A DNA stretch of 62,165 bases, the filler included, from Globobulimina sp. (Eukaryota), in assembly GCA_003354225.1 (NCBI GenBank). It is 9 parts of 9 records of this genome, joined end to end, with 100 filler letters (N's around TTAATTAATTAA, not from the genome) between each part and the next. Parts side by side here need not be neighbours in the genome. Positions count along the whole stretch, not along the records: positions 55,372 to 62,165 come from PIVH01000237.1; 8 more parts are not named here. One strand, written 5' to 3'. Of this stretch, positions 55,429-62,165 are shown piece after piece (within the stretch, counting starts at the first letter, position 1; each line of letters starts with the position of its first letter). Both the position numbers and the translations under genes were made by a program. Under the pieces are notes generated by a model. It worked only from the letters and a program-made list of their open reading frames with translations. It was not told the origin of the DNA and ran no database searches.

Positions 55429-58400
55429 ATGCTATTGGTTATTTTCGTTTTCAACAAGTACGTATTTTATCCATTCTTTTCCAACACCATGCATATAATT
55501 AATTTGTTGTTTTGTTCAGAACAAATTGCAGCAGAACAATCTAAAATTGCCACATCTTTATTCCAACCACCAATTGCAACAAAGGAGGAATGTCCGCAAA
55601 TTAGCGAAACAATTGAAGTGATATTGGAATCACTGATAAATAGTTCCTCATTTAAACAATTCGAAGCAGAATGTCATCGAATTTTGCTCAATGCATTTGT
55701 TGATAAATGTGATGATTATTTGTGGATTTCAGTTGTGTTTTTCTCAATGTTTATGCGTTGTAATTTTGTTGGGCCGTTTGAGTTAACTGAACACGAAATG
55801 GATGAATGGGACAAATGGTTCAAACTGGAATTACTGTCAAATGACAAACAACTGACATCCGTAAAATGTCACCAATGGCTAAGAATCGATAATGAGGACA
55901 TTGAGTTTGAATTAAAATATCCATTTTTCTTAATTTTATCAAGCATCATTTTAGAAAATGGCTTATCATCAAATAAAAATGGTAATAATTCTAACAAGAA
56001 TGAAATATCGTGGCATTGGTGGTATGTTCGCGTACTCCGCTATCATCAAAATATTTTATCCCATCGATGCCCAACACTGCAAAATGACATATTGTCGCAT
56101 TGCCAAAGCATTCAAGAGTTGTTCCCCCAAAGTTTTATCAAATTAAAGGAAACCAAACAAGAAATCAACAATAACACAATTATCACTTTAAAAGAATTAC
56201 TAAAATGCCAATTTAATGTGGAATACGCATTGATTGCTAATTTTTATTGGAAGCATGAGATTGTTAAAAAGCAAATTCTTTCGGCAAAACAATGTCTTTC
56301 TGATGCATTTGTTTATAAACTCACATCAAAATTAGGCAAAAGAACCAAATATCAGATTCAAAGCAAATCGCAGTTGTATTTATTGGTTAACTCATCAATT
56401 TATAAGTTTTTCCCTTCTGCGGATTTGGACATCGATGAAAAAACAGAGGAAAAAGAAAGCGGTTTAGCGGCGCAACAGAAACACTATAAAAAGACCTGGT
56501 ATTTGCCATTGAATGTGCGGTTGGAAGATGACACTTTGTTGGATGAGATCCGATGGGACGACGAAATTCATCATTTTAAACTGCATTACTTGGAATATTG
56601 CATTATTTTATTCGAAGCCGTGCAACAATCCGTAATTAATAAAGTGAGAGGAATCTCTGAACTGTGTATTTTGGCGTATTTAGACGGATTGAATTCGAAT
56701 GGAAATATTCATGATTGGAGTGTTCAACTTTTTGTATTGTTGCAACGATCAAGAACAGAATTTAGAAATTACAGCAAACAAAGTCGAGCCATCCAGCAAT
56801 ACGAATCCATTCAATATCACTTAGATTCCATGTTTGATGAATCACGCTTTTTTCCACCGCAATATACCGCATTAAAGACACACATTAAATTGCATAGCAA
56901 TGATAATCGAGATAATAGACTCAATGTGGAATATAATGAGTTGTGCACAGACATTGCATATAAACGTTTGCGTGGAATTTATGGAACAATTTTAAAGTCC
57001 AATGCCCAAATCCAGTGTGAATTGGGTGACTTATATATGAGTCTTGGTTTTACGCGGAGTGCGTTGGCTATTTATGAGAAACTGAATCATTTCCAAAAAG
57101 TGGCGCAATGTTTGGTTAATTTGGATAGAAAGCACGATGCCAAACAACTCTTATTCCAACAGATAAAGCAAATCGATTTGATGCACGCGAACAAGCAGAA
57201 GAATGATGGAAAAGTGAGAATTTGTCAGCATTACAGCTGGGATAAGAAACCATATTATCTCTGTTTGTTAGGTGATATTTGTGAGGACAATGCCTATTAT
57301 CAGCAAGCGTGGAATGTCAGTCATAAAACGTATGGCCGCGCAATGAGGACATTGGCATATAATCATTACCATTCGCAAGAATATGAAGAATGCATCGAAT
57401 GCGCCCGCAATGCACTGGCAATCAACTCCTTATTTCCAAAGGTTTGGTTCCTTTTAGGTTCCGCATCCATGCAATTAAAGCAGCCCATTTATGAATATGT
57501 GATTGAGTCCTTCTCCTTTGTGGTCAGCATCGACGACACAGACTTTGAGGCCTGGAATAATTTGGGTGCAGCACACATGAATTTGAATAATTATAAGTCT
57601 GCGTTGTATGCCTTGCAGCAAGCCGGCAATTTGCGGAGAGGGAACTGGAAGATATGGGAGAATATCTTGACGTGCTCGTTGAAACTAAAAAAATTAAGCA
57701 AATCAATCTCGTCATTGTCGCATTTGATTGATATTAAGAAAGATACAACTTCGGTGAACCCAAATATTATCGCTGCACTCACTGTTGAGTTGACTGCAAA
57801 AATAGAAAAATATCAATTGCAAAATACAGATATTGATATCACTGATCCTGAGCAAAAAAATGAAGTTCAAATTGACGAAAAAAAAGCAGATGAATGTGGT
57901 GACGAATTGGAAGAAGAGGAATTAAGTAAACCAACAATAATATCATTAATGACGCAGTTTGATAAGTTGGTGTTGAATATATTGGATAGATTGAGTCAAC
58001 ATTCATTTCTGAGCAGTTCCTCGCATATTAAACAGTCGCCATTCACCAAAACGGGCTTGCTGGATAATGATAATTTGTTGCATGGAATATCAGAAAATCA
58101 AAGAGCAAAACAAACGCAATCTGCATATGACATTTATGAGATATTTGCAACGTATTTTGAGAAATGTTTGCGGATTGAAGAGAGTGTGGAGAGCAGGTTT
58201 AAACAATGCAGGATTATCATGAAATACTTTGAGATTATAAGCAGACAAAATGCACAAATTAATGAGAAAAATAAGAAAGAATATTTGAAGATTATTCATG
58301 TTTTGAGTAGGTTGACATTCTTATATTCATTGCAGATTAATGGTTATCGGAATAGTTTGAAAAATGAGAAAGGAAACTTAGATATTAACAAATTGCAACA

Positions 58401-58593
58401 AATGTTGACCTCAATTCAATTGCTTTTCAATCGCTTACAGAAATTATCCAACAAATTGTATATTGATTTGAAAGAAAGCAAAGAGCTAACTATTAAGTTG
58501 CAGGAAATGGAGCAATTGAGCTATAAAATAAAAAATGAATCAATAAAGAAGGAAAAAGAATCAATACTGAGTGCTTTCTCTGATTGGATGTAG
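55429..58593 (+). CDS. TTC27: TPR protein TTC27/EMW1-like (5' exon structure uncertain)
   Basis: F.R.NFVGP, LGKRTKYQ..SKSQL, DDTLLDEI, WSV....LL.RSR.E, YCLLGD-like...YQQAW.VS, TPRs (WFLLG, AWNNLG, WKIWEN). Confidence 0.82.
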   Translation: MLLVIFVFNKYVFYPFFSNTMHIINLLFCSEQIAAEQSKIATSLFQPPIATKEECPQISETIEVILESLINSSSFKQFEAECHRILLNAFVDKCDDYLWISVVFFSMFMRCNFVGPFELTEHEMDEWDKWFKLELLSNDKQLTSVKCHQWLRIDNEDIEFELKYPFFLILSSIILENGLSSNKNGNNSNKNEISWHWWYVRVLRYHQNILSHRCPTLQNDILSHCQSIQELFPQSFIKLKETKQEINNNTIITLKELLKCQFNVEYALIANFYWKHEIVKKQILSAKQCLSDAFVYKLTSKLGKRTKYQIQSKSQLYLLVNSSIYKFFPSADLDIDEKTEEKESGLAAQQKHYKKTWYLPLNVRLEDDTLLDEIRWDDEIHHFKLHYLEYCIILFEAVQQSVINKVRGISELCILAYLDGLNSNGNIHDWSVQLFVLLQRSRTEFRNYSKQSRAIQQYESIQYHLDSMFDESRFFPPQYTALKTHIKLHSNDNRDNRLNVEYNELCTDIAYKRLRGIYGTILKSNAQIQCELGDLYMSLGFTRSALAIYEKLNHFQKVAQCLVNLDRKHDAKQLLFQQIKQIDLMHANKQKNDGKVRICQHYSWDKKPYYLCLLGDICEDNAYYQQAWNVSHKTYGRAMRTLAYNHYHSQEYEECIECARNALAINSLFPKVWFLLGSASMQLKQPIYEYVIESFSFVVSIDDTDFEAWNNLGAAHMNLNNYKSALYALQQAGNLRRGNWKIWENILTCSLKLKKLSKSISSLSHLIDIKKDTTSVNPNIIAALTVELTAKIEKYQLQNTDIDITDPEQKNEVQIDEKKADECGDELEEEELSKPTIISLMTQFDKLVLNILDRLSQHSFLSSSSHIKQSPFTKTGLLDNDNLLHGISENQRAKQTQSAYDIYEIFATYFEKCLRIEESVESRFKQCRIIMKYFEIISRQNAQINEKNKKEYLKIIHVLSRLTFLYSLQINGYRNSLKNEKGNLDINKLQQMLTSIQLLFNRLQKLSNKLYIDLKESKELTIKLQEMEQLSYKIKNESIKKEKESILSAFSDWM

Positions 58594-58632
58594 TTTATTT
58601 TAATTCTAAAAAACTCACTAACAAACTCAAGC

Positions 58633-60285
58633 ATGTCTTTTTTTGAAGCAACACCAACAGCAACACTGACAACAAACAAATTGAATTGCAAACAAGATGT
58701 CCGATGTTATTACGCCGATTCGAGTGCTACTGCTCCGTCGTTAGAGTTTTTTTATGGTAAAGACATTCCAAAAAATGGCAAAAGTTGTGATAATGGCTTA
58801 TTTTCGATGGGTAATCAAACACAAATGCATTCCCTCAGCATTTTATACCGCATACCCTATCTTCACCCAATTGCTGTAATTTATTCCCTATTATTTTTAT
58901 GGTCCATTCATTTCCGAATTCGTGTCATAACCATAATAATCATCCTTTTTATTCAATTTGCAATCGGCGAATCAATGAGAATCCATCGCCATGCTTCACT
59001 GCAAAATGTATTCGATAAAATCAAAATTATCGCAGCATTGATCGGTGACATTTTGTTAATTCCATTTCAGATTTTTCTATTTCCGACAGAAAATCCATTG
59101 ATTCAATTCCAAGATACTTCTATTAATCGCTACATTTTATCGCACTGCAAATCAATGCTCAAATTCAGGCCAACTTTTTGGAGCAGACACAATTTCATTC
59201 AATTCGTTCTGTGTATATTCGAAGAGCAATTCGCTTCGTTCAAATGCCAAATTTATAGGGAATTGCTTGAAACCACTGATGGCGGATTGGTTGCTTTGGA
59301 TTATTGGGTGGATAAAGCAGCAGAAAGCAAGCAGGAATTTGCCCATTTTGGGGATGTCTATAAATCAAAATATTTTTATAAATTCAGCTCAAAATTGTAT
59401 GACAAATGTTTGTTCGGCAAAGGTAAGTCAACCCCGATTTTATTTATATTTACGACATATTGCGGCGACTCACTGTCTGCTCCGGTTCGCAAAATGGCGG
59501 AATATTTTTGTTTGAGAGGTTGGAGAGTCGTCAGTTACACGAAGAGAGGCTGCGGTTCGCCATACTTTGAGATGCTGCCTTTGTTAACGCATAAAACCTT
59601 TGATTTGCAGGGAATGGCGGATGCGCAGTTTGTAATCGATCGCATTCAAAACAGATATCCGGCGGCGCCCAAAATATGCGTTGGTTTCAGTTTAGGCGGC
59701 AGTCAAATGCAGGATTTGTTGGCCACTTTGAACGCCAAACATAAATATTTTAGTGGTGGCATCAAAATTGATGGCGTCTGTAATTGGTTGGAAGTGATCA
59801 AATTCAATGATCGCTTGAACATAGTTTCTAAGGTTTTGGGCGAAATCGTCCATTCCAATTATATTAAATCGTTACGTTTTATGGAAAGAGAAAAAGCAGA
59901 AAAAGCAGACATTGACTTTGATAAAATTTGCAGTATAAAATCCCGAGACTGCGGAATGATGGATATTATCTCGAATATGATGGCTCCAACAAAGGGATAC
60001 TTGGATAATGTGGATGGATATTTGCATTCTGTGGGCCCGTCGGATGTCGAGGGGGTCGCTGTGCCGTTGCTAGTCTTTAATTGTTGGAATGATGGCTTCC
60101 AGGACCCGGCGGATCTGCCCATTGGAGTAGCAAATGTAAACCCAAATATCTTGCATTGTGTCACCAGATTCGGCGCACATTGTATTCGGAGGGAAGGCAT
60201 ATTGAATAAACAGTGTTGGCTCTCCAAGACTAGCTTTGAATTTGCTGCGGCTGTTGTTAATGCTAAAGCAAATCGTAAAGAATGA
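58633..60285 (+). CDS. ABHD1/2/3 (YheT-like) alpha/beta hydrolase, membrane-anchored
   Basis: YRELLETTDGGLVALDY, KRGCG, VGFSLGG nucleophile, VPLL....ND, TRFGAHC. Confidence 0.85.
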   Translation: MSFFEATPTATLTTNKLNCKQDVRCYYADSSATAPSLEFFYGKDIPKNGKSCDNGLFSMGNQTQMHSLSILYRIPYLHPIAVIYSLLFLWSIHFRIRVITIIIILFIQFAIGESMRIHRHASLQNVFDKIKIIAALIGDILLIPFQIFLFPTENPLIQFQDTSINRYILSHCKSMLKFRPTFWSRHNFIQFVLCIFEEQFASFKCQIYRELLETTDGGLVALDYWVDKAAESKQEFAHFGDVYKSKYFYKFSSKLYDKCLFGKGKSTPILFIFTTYCGDSLSAPVRKMAEYFCLRGWRVVSYTKRGCGSPYFEMLPLLTHKTFDLQGMADAQFVIDRIQNRYPAAPKICVGFSLGGSQMQDLLATLNAKHKYFSGGIKIDGVCNWLEVIKFNDRLNIVSKVLGEIVHSNYIKSLRFMEREKAEKADIDFDKICSIKSRDCGMMDIISNMMAPTKGYLDNVDGYLHSVGPSDVEGVAVPLLVFNCWNDGFQDPADLPIGVANVNPNILHCVTRFGAHCIRREGILNKQCWLSKTSFEFAAAVVNAKANRKE

Positions 60286-60385
60286 CTTCATTTATTTGTA
60301 TTTTTATGTATATTATAAATTTTACAACAACTCGCTACAAGATAACTAACTTTATATCATGTGCTGAAACTCCTTTACGAAATAA

Positions 60386-60464
60386 GGGAATGTTCTAGTA
60401 TTACGTAATCAGAATTGATACCTAGGACCTAGGTGTCGTTAATTACGTAATACTAGAACATTCC
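60386..60464. repeat. Hairpin/MITE-like element with perfect 23-bp inverted repeats
   Basis: GGAATGTTCTAGTATTACGTAAT (60387-60409) / ATTACGTAATACTAGAACATTCC (60442-60464), central ACCTAGG-A-CCTAGGT; related sequence at 14283-14319. Confidence 0.8.
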
Positions 60465-60495
60465 TAAACGCCGCGGCAGTAAAACGTTAAGAGCC

Positions 60496-62165
60496 ATGGC
60501 AACTTTAGAAACAGAGTGGGAAAAGGCGTGCAAAGGCAGCCACAAAAGTATAGTCAGTTATTTTGACATTCATAAAGAAGAAATTTTATCGTCTGGATCA
60601 TCATCGTTTCTTGCGGGTTTAATTACATCTGATGATATTAAATCATTACAACACATATTTCAAAACAGCAATCCTAACCAATATATTAATGTTGTCCCAA
60701 CAAACAAATGTCGTGATCATCTCCTTTGGCATGCAATGTCCTCTACTTTTGCAGTAATTCGATGTGTTGTATCCAACGGAGCAAAATTCCCCAATGATAT
60801 TGGTAGTGGATTTATCTACCAATTAATTAAATATAATAGAAAAATGACACCAGATGAAATTTATTTATGTGTTGATTATTTATTGACAAATCTAACTGGA
60901 AAAATTAATGGTGGTAATATCATGAGTATATTAGCAAAAGGATGCGATAATAATGGCAAACTATCATTTGATGCAATAAAAATGGGAAACTTAATTACAA
61001 GCAAAAGACCTGATTTTCAAGAACACTTTGGATATGGTTACATAAGGAACGCAGTCGGAGCACAAAGATTTGAATTTGCTGAATTTATGATTGAAAATGG
61101 TGCTAATTTAACTGTTGATTTATATGTGAAAACAGACGTTTTTTCTGAGCCAAATGATGCAATCATTAAATGGTTATTGAAACATGATGTTGATATTAAT
61201 AAAGAAATGGATGATTTTGTAGGAACTCCTTTGTTTCAATGTTGCATTGATCAAAGATATGATTTGATGGAATTACTCATAAATAATGGAGCTGACATTC
61301 ATAAAGAATGTAAATACAATGACACAATGATCAGTCCATTACAACTCTGCCAACAAACGTTTCCACCGAAATATTTCGAATATTTTCGGAATTATAATGC
61401 AAAAACGATAGTTTTTGATATCGATTTTTCAAAGATACCCAAAACTGTGCCACCACTGAATTTTGTGTTTGATGATGAAAAATCACTCAATGATATCAAC
61501 AATAAATGTATTAATAAAAGGAAAGAAATTATGGATTTAGAAAATGAATTGGCTGTAAAATATGGTGAGTTGCGAGATTTGGTTTGTGAGCAAAGTGAAA
61601 TAGAAAAGAAAAAGCAAAATATTGTATTATGGAATGAAATGAATGAGGAATGGATGCATTTTTTAAATGAATGGCAGAAATGGGACAGTCTTTGTTTTGT
61701 TGAATATTTAAAGCGCAGTAAATATGACAAAAAAGCATATGATTCTTATTTTTTATCCGACAGCATTGCAATACAAAAAATTGAAAATTATGTCAAAGAT
61801 AATTTAAATACTTTTACTGAGGAAAAAAATGCAGATCAAAATGATGAAACATATTTTAAAGGTATTTATTTGAACCAGTTTGACAAATCATCGATATATG
61901 GGGTTGGTATTACGGAAAGCGAGGATATTCAAAGTGTGTATCAATCATTACAACAATTAACCAAATCAAAAATGAATATCGCACAAAAGGAACATTATAA
62001 GGTGAATCCATCAAAGATTGAGAAACTCAAAGAGTGGTTAACTAATATTGTTAAATTACCACAATATTTTGATGTATTCGTAGCAAACGATATTTATTTA
62101 GATTTGATGGGAAGTGTAACCAAAGATGATTTGAAAGATATGGGGATAAAATCTGTTCGACATTT
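60496..62165 (+). CDS. Ankyrin-repeat, coiled-coil and SAM-domain protein (runs off the window; absent from the ORF track)
   Basis: Manual translation from ATG 60496 is open to the end: FMIENGAN, WLLKHDVDIN..GTPL..ELLINNGADIH, then LKEWL..VKLPQYFDVF....DDLKDMGIKSVRH. Confidence 0.85.
   Translation, partial: MATLETEWEKACKGSHKSIVSYFDIHKEEILSSGSSSFLAGLITSDDIKSLQHIFQNSNPNQYINVVPTNKCRDHLLWHAMSSTFAVIRCVVSNGAKFPNDIGSGFIYQLIKYNRKMTPDEIYLCVDYLLTNLTGKINGGNIMSILAKGCDNNGKLSFDAIKMGNLITSKRPDFQEHFGYGYIRNAVGAQRFEFAEFMIENGANLTVDLYVKTDVFSEPNDAIIKWLLKHDVDINKEMDDFVGTPLFQCCIDQRYDLMELLINNGADIHKECKYNDTMISPLQLCQQTFPPKYFEYFRNYNAKTIVFDIDFSKIPKTVPPLNFVFDDEKSLNDINNKCINKRKEIMDLENELAVKYGELRDLVCEQSEIEKKKQNIVLWNEMNEEWMHFLNEWQKWDSLCFVEYLKRSKYDKKAYDSYFLSDSIAIQKIENYVKDNLNTFTEEKNADQNDETYFKGIYLNQFDKSSIYGVGITESEDIQSVYQSLQQLTKSKMNIAQKEHYKVNPSKIEKLKEWLTNIVKLPQYFDVFVANDIYLDLMGSVTKDDLKDMGIKSVRH

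Overview
The window is not one locus. It is nine unrelated ~6.8-kb contigs, ordered by decreasing length and joined by artificial 100-nt spacers (N44-TTAATTAATTAA-N44). Contig 1 (1-6849) is bacterial: a same-strand five-gene cluster (ATP-grasp ligase, EamA exporter, crotonyl-CoA carboxylase/reductase, divergent aldehyde dehydrogenase, class III aminotransferase) bracketed by two related palindromes. It looks like an uncharacterised small-molecule pathway. Contigs 2-9 come from an AT-rich, gene-dense protist with short GT-AG introns; the gene families suggest a foraminifer/rhizarian (inference). They encode an ART-like protein, a DRAM/Frag1 protein, a PLS-type PPR protein, a PI-PLC-X/prominin-like fusion, USP, FCF1, GH47 mannosidase, a cytidine-deaminase-domain protein, an M20 amidohydrolase, TTC27, an ABHD esterase, an ankyrin-SAM protein and lineage-specific families. 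The most striking signal is contig 5 (27744-34560), a DIRS/Ngaro-type tyrosine-recombinase retrotransposon with four non-overlapping ORFs. One phase-1 splice donor at the end of ORF1 is in frame with three phase-1 acceptors in front of the Gag zinc-finger, RT-RNaseH and recombinase ORFs, suggesting expression by alternative splicing from a shared leader exon. Its RT has HIDD in place of YxDD. No rRNA, tRNA or CRISPR array was recognised.
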